This document shows, piece by piece, positions 34,192 to 44,504 of a DNA stretch of 53,197 nucleotides (its first letter is position 1; each line of letters opens with the position of its first letter). This stretch comes from Candidatus Woesebacteria bacterium (GTDB taxonomy: Bacteria; Patescibacteriota; Microgenomatia; UBA1400; MFAQ01): assembly GCA_035389185.1 (NCBI GenBank), contig DAOORK010000001.1:576218-629414 (forward strand), in the 5' to 3' direction. Below the pieces are notes generated by a model, which did not search any database, was not told the DNA's origin, and saw only the letters and a list, made by a program, of their open reading frames with translations. The translations under genes and the position numbers were made by a program.

Positions 34192-36654
34192 ATGGATAAT
34201 AATTTGTTTTTAGGATTGGTTTATAACGCTTCTTTGTTGTTGGCGATGGTTTTGATCTTTGATTTGTTGACGGAAAAATTCGAAACAAATAGACCTATTG
34301 TTTGGAAAATTATTGCCGGCTTAATTTTGTCGGGGGTTGGTTTGGGAGTAATGCTGACAAATTGGGAGTTAATAAAGGGAGTTGTTTTTGATACAAGATC
34401 GGTTCTGATTGGGGTTATGGGACTGTATTTTGGTTGGATCCCAACGCTGATTGTGATGTTGATGACATCGGCCTTTAGGATATATCAAGGTGGAGCAGGA
34501 GTCTTGATGGGTGTACCGGTAATTTTGGTGTCCGGTTTGATTGGGTTGGTGTGGAGAGCTTTTAGATTTAATAGTCTCTACAAATTGTCTTGGATTGAGT
34601 TATATATTTTTGGGCTGATTGTCCATGGAGGAATGTTGCTGTGCACCCAACTACTTCCAGGAGACCTTAGACAAACAGTGCTCTCGCAGATTTGGTTTCC
34701 GGTAATGACTATCTATCCTATGGCAACAATGATGTTGGGAGTATTACTGTCAAACAGGCTTAAAAGGGATTATGTAAAAAGGGAACTTGAGTTAAGTGAA
34801 GATAAGTACCGAACTTTGATTGATCAAGCGGTTGATGGAGTTTTTGTTTTGGATAGAGACGGATATTTTTCATTGGCAAATAAAAAACTGTGTGAGATGT
34901 TGGGTTTCTCTCACGATGAAATTACAAAATTAAATATTGTAGAAACCTATGTTCCTGAAGAAAGAGAGTCAGCAAAAAAAAGATTGTCCCAACTGAATAA
35001 AGGGGAAGAGCTGAGGTTTTCAAGAAAGCTTCTAAGAAAGAATGGAGAAATATTATTAATTGAAGCGAATGCTAAAAAATTATCCGATGGAAGATTACAT
35101 GCTGTGGTGCGTGATGTGACAAGCAGAGAACAAGCACAAGAGTATTTGAGGGAATCGGAAGAAAAATTCTCAAAAGTTTTTAAAACTTCTCCATACATCA
35201 TAATTATGACAAGGGCTGATGATGGAAAAATTGTAGAAGTAAACGATGCCTTCAGTAGATTATCCGGATACACAAGGAAGGAAGCTATGGAAGGTACTTC
35301 TATTGGATTAAACCTTTGGGCGGATATACATGACAGAGAGGCTGTATTGAAGGAAATAACGAAAGGAAAAGTAATTACCAATAGAGAATATAAGTTTAGA
35401 AAGAAAGACGGTGAGGTGTTGGTTGGTTCGTTTTCGTCTCAGATCATTATTGTGAAAGGGATCCCGTACATTTTGGCGATTATTGAAGATATTTCCAAGA
35501 GAATTGAGGATGAAACAAAATTGGCCAAAGTAAATAGTGAAATATTAACCGAAAAACGAAAACTGGAAGCGATATTGCGGGATATGGGAGACGCTGTCTT
35601 TGTGACGGATAGCAATAAGAATATTATCTTGGCGAATAAGGCAATGGAACGATTGTTTGGTTTGAAGGAAAAGGAAATGATAGGAAGGAATATTGAGGAA
35701 GCATTGGCCCTGTCCTATGAGTCAACCGGCGAGAAGCCGACGGACTTGATTAGTACTGTTTTTGAAAAACGAAAACAGGCAAAGCCTGTGGAAAAGTTGG
35801 TGATAAACAACAAAAGCGGATCATCGGTGTCGGTCGATGGAGTGGCTTCACCAATCATTGATGAAAAAAAGAACCTGATTGGAACGGTGTGGGTGTTGCG
35901 GGATGTAAGCAAAGAGAGAGAGCTCCAAAAAATGAGAGCTGACTTTATTTCGATGGCTAGTCATCAACTGAGAACCCCATTAACGGGAATTAAATGGTTT
36001 GTTGAACTACTGGGTGAAAATGCGACAAAAATGCCCATTGGTCAGGTGCAAGAGTATGTTCAAAAAATTGGTGAAAGCAGTAATCGAATGATAGACCTAG
36101 TGAACGATCTATTGACTACTTCAAGAGCAGAAAGTGGAAGGTTGGAAAAAGAGATTTTGAGTTATGAGGTGAAGGAACTATTAAAGCAAGCTGTTGAAGT
36201 TGAAAATAAATTACTTGTGGATAAAAAGATGAAGGTGATGGGATTAGAACAAGTGCCAGATAATTTAAGGGTAGAGGTGGATAAAGTCCAAATATTACAA
36301 GTGCTGGGCAATTTATTGAACAATGCAGCGAGTTATTCATTTGAGGGCGGAAAAATTGAGATCGGGGCGAAACAAAAAGAAGAAAAGGTAGAGATCTGGG
36401 TGACAGATTATGGTGTGGGGATACCCGAAACTCAGAAAGATAAAATATTTAGTAAGTTTTTTAGGGCAGACAACGTGATGAAGACTGTTTCAGGATCTGG
36501 TTTGGGTCTTTATGTAGCTAAAAGTATGGTGGAATTACATGGAGGAAAAATTTGGTTTAAGTCTAAAGAAAACGAGGGAACAACGTTTTACATCGACTTG
36601 CCTATGAAACAAGAGACGGAAGTAATTGAGAGTAAGAAATTAGCCAAAGATTGA
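34192..36654 (+). CDS. Sensor histidine kinase (multi-TM N-terminal sensor, tandem PAS domains, HisKA, HATPase_c)
   Basis: About 190 aa with 5-6 TM helices, then PAS-like repeats. H-box FISMASHQLRTPLTGI. N box LLNNAASYS. G boxes DYGVGIP and GSGLGLYVAKSMVELHGG. Confidence 0.9.
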   Translation: MDNNLFLGLVYNASLLLAMVLIFDLLTEKFETNRPIVWKIIAGLILSGVGLGVMLTNWELIKGVVFDTRSVLIGVMGLYFGWIPTLIVMLMTSAFRIYQGGAGVLMGVPVILVSGLIGLVWRAFRFNSLYKLSWIELYIFGLIVHGGMLLCTQLLPGDLRQTVLSQIWFPVMTIYPMATMMLGVLLSNRLKRDYVKRELELSEDKYRTLIDQAVDGVFVLDRDGYFSLANKKLCEMLGFSHDEITKLNIVETYVPEERESAKKRLSQLNKGEELRFSRKLLRKNGEILLIEANAKKLSDGRLHAVVRDVTSREQAQEYLRESEEKFSKVFKTSPYIIIMTRADDGKIVEVNDAFSRLSGYTRKEAMEGTSIGLNLWADIHDREAVLKEITKGKVITNREYKFRKKDGEVLVGSFSSQIIIVKGIPYILAIIEDISKRIEDETKLAKVNSEILTEKRKLEAILRDMGDAVFVTDSNKNIILANKAMERLFGLKEKEMIGRNIEEALALSYESTGEKPTDLISTVFEKRKQAKPVEKLVINNKSGSSVSVDGVASPIIDEKKNLIGTVWVLRDVSKERELQKMRADFISMASHQLRTPLTGIKWFVELLGENATKMPIGQVQEYVQKIGESSNRMIDLVNDLLTTSRAESGRLEKEILSYEVKELLKQAVEVENKLLVDKKMKVMGLEQVPDNLRVEVDKVQILQVLGNLLNNAASYSFEGGKIEIGAKQKEEKVEIWVTDYGVGIPETQKDKIFSKFFRADNVMKTVSGSGLGLYVAKSMVELHGGKIWFKSKENEGTTFYIDLPMKQETEVIESKKLAKD

Positions 36655-36728
36655 AGAATCTGTTATTTTCGTGTTAGAATTATTACAGGTTGATAGGTGT
36701 ATTGTGAGATTACAAATTAGTTTATAAG

Positions 36729-37103
36729 ATGGAAAAAAAGAAAATAATGATCGTTGAAGACGATACGGTATTGGCAAATGCGATCAAACTATCACTGGAG
36801 AATGAAGGCTATGAATTGAGTTTGGCAACTGATGGGGAAGAAGCTGAGAGAATGATAAAAGAAGAAATTCCTGATTTGGTATTGTTAGACTTATTGTTAC
36901 CAATTAAAAATGGTTTTGAGATCCTCAAGATAATACGACAAGATCCAGCCACAAAAGATATTTCGGTTGTGGTTTTGACAAATTTTGAACAAGAGACAAG
37001 TATTAATGAGGGAAAAAAGTTGGGAGTAAAAGACTACATTGTTAAGGCAAATATTGATATTCAAGATATACCAGCCATAGTAAAAAAGTATTTACCTGCC
37101 TAA
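36729..37103 (+). CDS. Single-domain response regulator (receiver only)
   Basis: CheY-like motifs: IMIVEDD, phospho-acceptor context LVLLDLLLP, VVVLTN, KDYIVK. No output domain. Confidence 0.9.
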   Translation: MEKKKIMIVEDDTVLANAIKLSLENEGYELSLATDGEEAERMIKEEIPDLVLLDLLLPIKNGFEILKIIRQDPATKDISVVVLTNFEQETSINEGKKLGVKDYIVKANIDIQDIPAIVKKYLPA

Positions 37104-37181
37104 ATAGTTTCAAAATTAAGCGATGAGTAGCTCTAGAAATAGAGTAAAATTGGTTGGAGTTGATACCAATAAAACCCAAAG

Positions 37182-38948
37182 ATGGAAGATCAAGTTGAGG
37201 AAATAAAGAGAAAAACAGATATTGTGGGAGTGGTGGGCACCTATGTAGCATTGAAGAAAACAGGAAGACATCACAAAGGTTTGTGCCCTTTTCACTCTGA
37301 GAAAACACCATCTTTTATGGTTAATGAAGAGATGGGTTTGTACAAATGCTTCGGTTGTGGTGCAGGAGGAGATGTAATTAAGTTTTTGATGGAGATAGAA
37401 GGAATTGAATTTCGAGAGGCCTTGGAGCGATTGGCCGAGAAAGTGGGTGTGAAATTGGTGTATAAGAGGAATGAGGCGGATGACGAGAGATCCAAGATGT
37501 TGGAGGTGATGGATTTGGCGTCTCGATATTACCATTGGCTATTAACTGAGGGGAAGGTGGGACAAGCAGCAAGAGAGTATTTGAAAGACAGAAAAATAAA
37601 CGAGAAATTAATTGAGACTTTTAATTTGGGATTTGCCATGCAGAGCTGGGATGGCCTAACAAATTATTTAATAAAGAAAAAGGGATATAAGGAAGAATTA
37701 CTGGAGAAAGTGGGTTTGGTGAGCCGGAAGAACCAGGGAAGCGGAGTTTATGATAAGTTTCGGGGAAGAATAATGTTTCCTTTGCAAGACGCCGGAGGAA
37801 AAGTGGTTGGTTTTACCGGGAGGATATTACCTAGTTTGGCAAAAGAAGATGAACCAAAGTATTTGAATTCTCCGGAAACAGCGCTGTATCACAAAGGAAG
37901 AATGCTTTACGGATTTTCTCAGGCGAAAAAAACAATGAGAGAAAAAAGAAGGGTAGTCTTGGTTGAAGGACAAATGGATTGTATTAGTTCTTTTGGGGCG
38001 GGAGTAACGGAAACGGTGGCAGTAGGAGGGACGGCATTAACTGAAGATCAGGTGGAAATGATTGCTCGACTGGCAGACAAAATTTGGTTGTCTTTGGATG
38101 CTGATGATGCCGGAAACGTAGCTATGAAAAGGTCGGTAGAGCTAGCTGAAAAGAGAGGTTTGAATATAAAAGTTGTTCAAATCGAAGGAGGTAAAGATCC
38201 GGATGAAATTGCCCGAAAATCTCCTGGTAAATGGAAGGAATTAGTGGAAGATGCTAAGGATGTTTACGACTATGTAATGTCGAGAGCTTTTGAGAAATAT
38301 GACAGTGAAAATATTGATGGAGTAAAAAAAATAATTAGCGAAGTAATTCCCTTTTTGGCGAAAATTGAAAATAATATTATCAAAGAAAGATGGGCAAAAA
38401 AATTGGCCGAAAAACTGGGGGTCGAGACAAAAGGAGTGTTGGACGAAATTGATAAAAACAGTAAAGGAAAAGCGAGTGCAGTTGAGAAAACGGATAAAAA
38501 AGAAATAAAAGAGGAGGAAACAAGAATCACAAAATTAACAAAGAGACTGGCCGGTTTACTTTTTCTGGATAGATCGGATAGTGAAAAGATAGCGCCTTGG
38601 TTTTTGGGATTAAACGCTCCAGGAGCAGAGGGGAAGTTGTTAACTTGGTTGATTAAAGATCAAGAAAAAGAGCCGGTGGAAAAAATGATTGAGAGTTTGC
38701 CGATGGAACTGAAGGAGATCGCCGGTGAAGTTTATATGGCAATTGGAGAGGCCGAGATGCCAGGACAAGGTGAGGTAGAGGAGATTACCGGTCAACTTCT
38801 AAGGGAGATAATTCGAGAAAGAAAGAAGGTTTTGATGACCAAGATGAATAATGGAAAAAATGAAAAAGATGAAGAAGAGGAGAAGATATTTAAAGAAATT
38901 AACGAACTAAACAAAAAAGAAGACAAAATTAAGGTGCTTTTGGGTTGA
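37182..38948 (+). CDS. dnaG: DNA primase DnaG
   Basis: Zinc-ribbon [11 protein letters not shown]...[15 protein letters not shown] motifs VLVEGQMD and SLDADDAG. Confidence 0.95.
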   Translation: MEDQVEEIKRKTDIVGVVGTYVALKKTGRHHKGLCPFHSEKTPSFMVNEEMGLYKCFGCGAGGDVIKFLMEIEGIEFREALERLAEKVGVKLVYKRNEADDERSKMLEVMDLASRYYHWLLTEGKVGQAAREYLKDRKINEKLIETFNLGFAMQSWDGLTNYLIKKKGYKEELLEKVGLVSRKNQGSGVYDKFRGRIMFPLQDAGGKVVGFTGRILPSLAKEDEPKYLNSPETALYHKGRMLYGFSQAKKTMREKRRVVLVEGQMDCISSFGAGVTETVAVGGTALTEDQVEMIARLADKIWLSLDADDAGNVAMKRSVELAEKRGLNIKVVQIEGGKDPDEIARKSPGKWKELVEDAKDVYDYVMSRAFEKYDSENIDGVKKIISEVIPFLAKIENNIIKERWAKKLAEKLGVETKGVLDEIDKNSKGKASAVEKTDKKEIKEEETRITKLTKRLAGLLFLDRSDSEKIAPWFLGLNAPGAEGKLLTWLIKDQEKEPVEKMIESLPMELKEIAGEVYMAIGEAEMPGQGEVEEITGQLLREIIRERKKVLMTKMNNGKNEKDEEEEKIFKEINELNKKEDKIKVLLG

Positions 38949-38985
38949 TTTTGGGCACTTTTGTGGTAAGCTTAGGGAGTTAATT

Positions 38986-40089
38986 ATGGCCGAAAATAAA
39001 GGAACTCTCCCAATTCAACAAAAAGTAAAGGAAATTTTAGAGCTCGGACACGAGCAGGGTTTTGTGACACAGGATGACATTTTGGAGTATTTTCCAGCGG
39101 CGGAAGATTTTGTGAATGACTTGGACTATCTTTATGAACTGCTTTTTAAGGAAGATGTGGATGTATTTGAGAGTGTATTGTCCGGACAAGACGCCGAGAT
39201 AATTGAGGCGACCAGTGACTTGGAGAAAGAACTTGAGTCTCTATCAAAGATGGAAGAGACCGAGGTTAATGATCCGGTGAGAATGTATCTTAAGGAAATC
39301 GGCAGAATCCCGTTGTTGAAACGAGAACAAGAGATTTCTTTGGCTCAAAAAGTGGAAAGAGGAGATCAGCGGGCAAAGGATATGCTGACAAAAAGTAACT
39401 TGCGTTTGGTGGTTTCTATTGCCAAGAAATACATGGGTCGAGGAATGAGTTTTTTGGACCTGATTCAAGAAGGTAACAAGGGCTTGATTCGTGCCGTGGA
39501 AAAATACGACTGGACAAAGGGATTTAAGTTTTCGACTTATGCTACCTGGTGGATTCGTCAGGCGATTACTCGGGCTATTGCCGATCAGGCGAGAACAATT
39601 CGTATCCCCGTGCACATGGTGGAGACGATCAACAAACTGATTAGAACTCAGAGAAAACTGATGCAAGATTTGGGTCGTGAACCGACTGATGAAGAAGTGG
39701 CCACAGAACTAGAAACAACCCCGGAAAAGGTGAGAGAGATTCTGAAAATTGCTCAAAAGACGACTTCATTGGAAACTCCAATTGGAGACGACGAAGACTC
39801 AATGCTTGGTGACTTTATTCCTGATGAACGTCAGGCAACCCCATATGAATCGACTTCGAAACAACTGATGCATGAAAATCTGGAGGAAGCTTTAGGAAGT
39901 TTGACAGAGCGTGAAAGTAAAGTATTGCGCATGAGATTTGGACTTGACGGCAGTAAACCAAGAACTTTGGAAGAAGTTGGACAGGTGTTTGGGGTAACTC
40001 GTGAGCGTATTCGCCAGATAGAGAGTAAAGCCTTGAGGAAGTTAAGACACCCTTCACGAAGAAGAAAACTTCAAGATTATTTAGATTAA
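38986..40089 (+). CDS. rpoD: RNA polymerase primary sigma factor (sigma-70 family)
   Basis: Regions 1.2 to 4.2 are present ([66 protein letters not shown]). It follows dnaG as in the classical operon. Confidence 0.95.
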   Translation: MAENKGTLPIQQKVKEILELGHEQGFVTQDDILEYFPAAEDFVNDLDYLYELLFKEDVDVFESVLSGQDAEIIEATSDLEKELESLSKMEETEVNDPVRMYLKEIGRIPLLKREQEISLAQKVERGDQRAKDMLTKSNLRLVVSIAKKYMGRGMSFLDLIQEGNKGLIRAVEKYDWTKGFKFSTYATWWIRQAITRAIADQARTIRIPVHMVETINKLIRTQRKLMQDLGREPTDEEVATELETTPEKVREILKIAQKTTSLETPIGDDEDSMLGDFIPDERQATPYESTSKQLMHENLEEALGSLTERESKVLRMRFGLDGSKPRTLEEVGQVFGVTRERIRQIESKALRKLRHPSRRRKLQDYLD

Positions 40090-40757
40090 TTTTTGGGAAA
40101 CTGAGGACCTGGTTTTTCTGGTACTTGGTAGTGTTTTTGACAGCGGGCAGTATAACTTTCGGCCGCGCCAACAAGGATGATGGGGTCGGTGTATTTGGCT
40201 GGCTGGCCATTGATTAGGCGTTGGGTGTACTGAGCGTTACGAGGACTACCTTTGGGACATTCTTTGCAGACGGCGGTGAACTTATTGACCTTGTTGGCGA
40301 TGGCGAGGAGTTGGGGCATGGGACCGAAAGGTTCTCCGCGAAAGTTCATGTCGAGCCCAGCACAAAAAATATTAATACCTTGATCAAGATTTTCCCGATA
40401 AAAACGATCGATAAACTCGACTATTTGAGGGAGATTGGAGTCAAAAAATTGGGCTTCATCAATGAAGAGATTGGAGAGAAGTTCGCGGCCTGGTTTGAGG
40501 GTGATATTGTCTTCGGTGTCGAGGTCAAAGATCATATCAAAAATAGCACGTGAGTCCTTAGCGGCAATGGCTTCTAAACTGATGTGGCCGTGAGATCCAA
40601 TAACATTTTCTCCGTAGCGAGTATCTGAGGCGTGGTTAAAAACGAGAAAGTCGATTCCTTGAACTTCTCCGGCGATGAGGAGACGATTTGCCTGATCGAG
40701 GAGTTCGGAGGTTTTGCCTGAAAACATGGGGCCGGTTTCGACTTCAATTGGTGCCAT
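40086..40757 (-). CDS. tdk: Thymidine kinase
   Basis: P-loop [20 protein letters not shown] and a C-terminal zinc cluster (CKEC...ARC). Confidence 0.9.
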   Translation of the reverse strand: MAPIEVETGPMFSGKTSELLDQANRLLIAGEVQGIDFLVFNHASDTRYGENVIGSHGHISLEAIAAKDSRAIFDMIFDLDTEDNITLKPGRELLSNLFIDEAQFFDSNLPQIVEFIDRFYRENLDQGINIFCAGLDMNFRGEPFGPMPQLLAIANKVNKFTAVCKECPKGSPRNAQYTQRLINGQPAKYTDPIILVGAAESYTARCQKHYQVPEKPGPQFPKN

Positions 40758-40819
40758 GGGGACATTATTCGTCTTGTTTTCTAATTTGACAAGGGGGAGT
40801 TTTTAGGTAAAGATGAGTT

Positions 40820-41146
40820 ATGTTGATACAGCTGATAATTAATGCGTTGGGCTTTTTCATTACTGCTAGGATTGTTCCAGGGATTGTGATTGCGGATTGG
40901 CAGACTTTGGGTATTTTGGCGGTAGTTTGGGGAGTGCTGTCAATTATTTTGAAGCCGATATTGATTCTATTGACTTTGCCGGTAAACTTTTTGACACTGG
41001 GAATGTTTACTTTTGTGATTAATGCCGGGTTAATAATGCTGATGACACGAATAGTGCCTGGTTTTGCGGTAAAGAACTTCGGAATAGCCTTGCTGGCTGC
41101 GGTGGTGCTGGCTTTGCTAAATGTGGTGTTGGGCAAGCTGAAGTAA
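40820..41146 (+). CDS. Phage-holin-family (four-TM, YvlD-like) small membrane protein
   Basis: 108 aa with four hydrophobic helices. The N-terminus (LIINALGFFITARIVPGI...) and the second ...RIVPGF... repeat are typical of this family as I recall it. Confidence 0.7.
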   Translation: MLIQLIINALGFFITARIVPGIVIADWQTLGILAVVWGVLSIILKPILILLTLPVNFLTLGMFTFVINAGLIMLMTRIVPGFAVKNFGIALLAAVVLALLNVVLGKLK

Positions 41147-41215
41147 CCCATAACTTGCGTTTTACTGGGGTAAATGATAGAATATGGGTTGAAAATTCTC
41201 TAAAGGAGGCGGACG

Positions 41216-41626
41216 TTGAAAATAACACAAGATTTGGTATTTGTGAAGATTCTTGTCGGTAAATTGACAAGACCGGTGGAACTTAAGATCGCAAGCCGCG
41301 TATTTAAGTTTTCTAATTATCATCGTGGTTATTTGGAAGTCGAGTGTATCGAGACCAAAACATTTGATGTGGTGAACTCTCCAAGAGAGTTAGTTAACTT
41401 CTTGATCAACAACACCACTTACATGCTCGACACGACGAACGATGGGATCTATGAATTGTTCGTCAAGGAATTGTTCAAGGCCGTGATGAGCCCGAAGGTG
41501 GGTGTTACGTTCGAAGATATCGAAGCAACAATTGCTTCGATGGTGGTTAATCGACCGGAAGAAATGGCTCGGTATTCTGAGTTTTTGCGACTGGCGAGAC
41601 ACGAACAACTGGCTGGAGCAAAGTAG
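41216..41626 (+). CDS. Hypothetical protein (136 aa)
   Basis: An ORF followed by a strong terminator. No motif recognised. The start codon is non-ATG (TTG) in the track. Confidence 0.5.
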   Translation: MKITQDLVFVKILVGKLTRPVELKIASRVFKFSNYHRGYLEVECIETKTFDVVNSPRELVNFLINNTTYMLDTTNDGIYELFVKELFKAVMSPKVGVTFEDIEATIASMVVNRPEEMARYSEFLRLARHEQLAGAK

Positions 41627-41632
41627 TAGTTA

Positions 41633-41658
41633 AGGCGCCCAATGGGCGCCTTTTTTTT
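41633..41658 (+). terminator. Rho-independent terminator
   Basis: AGGCGCCC-AAT-GGGCGCC followed by a T8 run. Confidence 0.85.
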
Positions 41659-41699
41659 GTGGTGTGCTAGAATGTGGCAAAGAACGTTGATAAGGAGAG

Positions 41700-41942
41700 A
41701 TGATGAGGAAAGAAATACCGACGAAACAGACGGTGACCAAGAATGTTGAACATTGTTTTTGTAACAAGTGTGGCGAAGAAATGAATAAACCAGACAGTGT
41801 ATACAATGAGGGTAATGGAGTTGAGGTAAGGTTAACCTTGTCACAAAAGTTCATCAACTTTGATCTGTGTTTGAAGTGTATATATGAGTTGATGAGTAGT
41901 TTTGTGATTCCGGCTGAAGAAATTGACAGAAGAGAATATTAG
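41700..41942 (+). CDS. Small Cys4 (zinc-ribbon-like) hypothetical protein
   Basis: CxxC pairs (CNKC ... CLKC) and a terminator immediately downstream. Confidence 0.5.
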   Translation: MMRKEIPTKQTVTKNVEHCFCNKCGEEMNKPDSVYNEGNGVEVRLTLSQKFINFDLCLKCIYELMSSFVIPAEEIDRREY

Positions 41943-41947
41943 TTATC

Positions 41948-41970
41948 AGGCGCCCAAAGGGCGCCTTTTT
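41948..41970 (+). terminator. Rho-independent terminator, a near-copy of the one at 41633
   Basis: AGGCGCCC-AAA-GGGCGCCT followed by a T-run. Confidence 0.8.
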
Positions 41971-42126
41971 GCTGGTTTGTCTTTACTATGTTAGCCTCGT
42001 TTGGTAAAATAAGAGCTTGCTCGCCTTTCTTTCAATAACAATAGTTATTGAAATGGCAGAGCTGTGCTTCCTCTTATATCTACGCCCATAATCGTAAAAC
42101 CATTATGAGCTTGATATAGCCAGGAT

Positions 42127-42134
42127 TAAAATAT
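42127..42134 (+). promoter_or_regulatory. TAAAATAT box 6 nt upstream of tRNA-Asn
   Basis: TAAAATAT-TAATAT-T(+1). Confidence 0.4.
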
Positions 42135-42140
42135 TAATAT

Positions 42141-42216
42141 TCCCCTGTAGCTCAGTTGGTAGAGCGCCTCCCTGTTAAGGAGGATGTCCGTGGTTCGAGC
42201 CCACGCGGGGGAGCCA
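42141..42216 (+). tRNA. tRNA-Asn (anticodon GTT), with CCA encoded
   Basis: Acceptor TCCCCTG/CGGGGGA, D-arm GCTC-AGTTGGTA-GAGC, anticodon loop CTGTTAA, T-arm CGTGG-TTCGAGC-CCACG, G-CCA 3' end. Confidence 0.9.
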
Positions 42217-43788
42217 GATGGGACGAGAGGGCAACAAAGAGTCCTTTTGTCCCGTAACATCGCTCTTTTTCGTAAGTTCGAATTTTCCGTTTTCAAAGTC
42301 GTCAATTTTATCTACTTTCGAACCGTTGGTTGCTTCAACTGCCTCGGAGAGGATTTTGAAGGTTTTAGAGTAGGTGTAGCTTAGCTTCCCCTCGTCAACC
42401 GTTAAGGTGGCAAAGATAAACCTGATTAAGGCTCTTTGTTCGTCTATCATGCCTTTTGCTCCAGCTTTCAGGTAAAGTTCCTTTGCTCTCTGGGAGAGTT
42501 CATATATATTTACCCCTAAGTTGATGTAGCCTGTGCTTGCCTGGGAGTGCTTTTTTATCGATTCTGTGATCTCATCTTTCTCGTCCGAGTATTGTTTAAA
42601 TTTCCTGTTATAAAAATCTGGCGCAATCTTCTCATCCAGTTTATCGTCGTATAGTTTGTCCATGCGCTTCTGAATTGCCTCGTAGCGGGCTTCTAGTTCG
42701 CCAACGGTATTGTTGTGGTATTCGACCTCGTCTTGATGGCTTTCCTTGAGTGCCTTCTTCAGCCATCCAACTATACGACTATTTTTAATTTTTAAGGTTT
42801 CAAAGCCTTCTAAAAGTTGGGCTTCGACTTCAGGTTCTTTAACCCAAGTCGTTTGCGGACATTCGTGGTAGTGATTGCAATGCCCATAGATATGTCCCTT
42901 AGCCGTCTCAAAGGTAATTGAGTTGTGGCAGCCAGCGCACTTAATTAACCCTCGGAAGAGGAAGTTGTGCTTGCGGTATTTGGGTGTGGTTCTGCTTGTA
43001 AGCATAGCCTGAACTTTATTAAATTGCTCGACAGTAATCAACGGCTGGTGTTTACCTTCATACAAGTCATCGTTCCATTTAATTTTACCAATATAGAAAG
43101 GTTCACGCAGCAGGGAGTGAATACGGCTGTGCGGTAGTTTGTGTCCTAGTTGTGAGCGCATCCCCTCGGCATACATCTTCTTAGATAGCCTTTTGGTTGA
43201 GTAGTTCCCTGTGAGGTATAGTTCAAACATTTTTCTCACAAAAGGAGCTGTGTCTTCATCAATGACATGGATTTTATGCCCAGTCTCGCCAATGGTCTTG
43301 TAACCGTTTGGGGGTTTGGTTGGTAGCCAACCTTGTGCAATCTTTTCTTTTTGCCCCTTCTTCACATTTTCCGAGAGGAGTCGGACATAATATTCGGCGG
43401 TTGCTACCTTTACCCGCCACATAAACCATTCGTGGGATCGGGAGGTATTATGGAGAATGCAGCCTTCTTTTGCCAGGTGAACTTGATGATTCTCATTTTC
43501 AGTAATCCATAAATCAATCGTCGGGACATCCGCAAAGTTCCTGGTTAAGCGGTCTGTAGTTTCAACGATAATCGTGGGGATGTCGTGCTTACGGACATAA
43601 GCGATCATTTCAATAAAGATCTTCCTCTGGACTTTGCCTGCTGCGGATTCGGAGACAGCGAAGACTTTAGCGACTTCCAGTCCCTGTTTATCGGCATAAT
43701 CCCTCAAAAATTTCTCCTGTGCTGGTAGGGAGTAACCCGTCTCCTCTTGTTCTTTACTGCTTACTCGGCAGAATATGGCAGTTTTCAT
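42175..43788 (-). CDS. Large serine recombinase (integrase)
   Basis: Resolvase-type catalytic N-terminus (AIFCRVSSKEQ ... TTDRLTRN), a recombinase domain, a zinc-ribbon (CAGCHNSITF...HCNHYHEC) and a coiled-coil C-terminus. Start trimmed to MKTAIF. The last 14 codons are antisense to the 3' half of tRNA-Asn. Confidence 0.9.
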   Translation of the reverse strand: MKTAIFCRVSSKEQEETGYSLPAQEKFLRDYADKQGLEVAKVFAVSESAAGKVQRKIFIEMIAYVRKHDIPTIIVETTDRLTRNFADVPTIDLWITENENHQVHLAKEGCILHNTSRSHEWFMWRVKVATAEYYVRLLSENVKKGQKEKIAQGWLPTKPPNGYKTIGETGHKIHVIDEDTAPFVRKMFELYLTGNYSTKRLSKKMYAEGMRSQLGHKLPHSRIHSLLREPFYIGKIKWNDDLYEGKHQPLITVEQFNKVQAMLTSRTTPKYRKHNFLFRGLIKCAGCHNSITFETAKGHIYGHCNHYHECPQTTWVKEPEVEAQLLEGFETLKIKNSRIVGWLKKALKESHQDEVEYHNNTVGELEARYEAIQKRMDKLYDDKLDEKIAPDFYNRKFKQYSDEKDEITESIKKHSQASTGYINLGVNIYELSQRAKELYLKAGAKGMIDEQRALIRFIFATLTVDEGKLSYTYSKTFKILSEAVEATNGSKVDKIDDFENGKFELTKKSDVTGQKDSLLPSRPIWLPRVGSNHGHPP

Positions 43789-43898
43789 AGTTATTTTGCA
43801 ACACACAACATAAACAAACTTTTAAGCAATATCAAACAATGATTAGTTTTCGCTTTCATTAGTCTTGATCCTCCTTAATTTCATCCTTATTTTGTCCA

Positions 43899-44405
43899 TC
43901 ATTTGTTCTTTTTTTTACCGTCATTCTGCCGAAGCGTTGCCGCTATTCCACCGTCAATTTTGGAGAAGCTTTGGGGAACATTTGGAGAATTCTTACCGCC
44001 GTTTTCTGGTGTATGTTTGGTGTAGCCTTGGTCTGGTTTTACCGCCATTAAAAATGAGGGGTTATTGCGTCTTTGATCGGTAAACCAGGAATATGTTTCC
44101 CTGCATCGTTCTCTCGTCCATTTTTCTTTCCTTTTAACCCAGTGGAACTTACGGCACCAGCGGTCTAATGTCCTGCGGTTTGGCAATCCTCCTCTCCTCG
44201 TAAAAAGAAGGGTCTGTTTGTCAGTGCTTAGTGTTTCGAGTTCAGAGCGTAGTTTAACTAAACTTCCTGATTCGCAGTAAAACTTAAAAACGCCATATTG
44301 GGCTTCAGACTCGTTATCCAACCTCATAACGACTTGCTCAAAGGGTCTAGCTTTATACAAAATTCCGCTCGCGTTTTTTCTTGTCTGTTTTATTCTGTTT
44401 GCCAT
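43899..44405 (-). CDS. Basic hypothetical protein, possible HTH DNA-binding protein (regulator, RDF or small-terminase-like)
   Basis: Trimmed to MANRIKQ. Contains a Trp/Arg-rich helix (RTLDRWCRKFHWVKRKEKW) and a Lys-rich tail. The function is an inference only. Confidence 0.5.
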   Translation of the reverse strand: MANRIKQTRKNASGILYKARPFEQVVMRLDNESEAQYGVFKFYCESGSLVKLRSELETLSTDKQTLLFTRRGGLPNRRTLDRWCRKFHWVKRKEKWTRERCRETYSWFTDQRRNNPSFLMAVKPDQGYTKHTPENGGKNSPNVPQSFSKIDGGIAATLRQNDGKKKNK

Positions 44406-44504
44406 AATCTTCGTATAGTAACTATATAAATACATTTCCTCTTAAAGGGAAAAATTGTTACTATAAATGTTCCTTTATAAATCCCTATATAGTTACTATG
44501 TGTT

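Noticed and set aside
40765-41151. A minus-strand 128-aa ORF covering the same DNA as the holin-family gene.
   Set aside because: The plus-strand product has four clean TM helices and a family-typical sequence. The minus-strand product is an irregular Lys/Thr/Ile-rich peptide.
43865-44083. A plus-strand 72-aa ORF.
   Set aside because: It is antisense to the 3' part of the 43899-44405 gene and has a hydrophobic or low-complexity translation.
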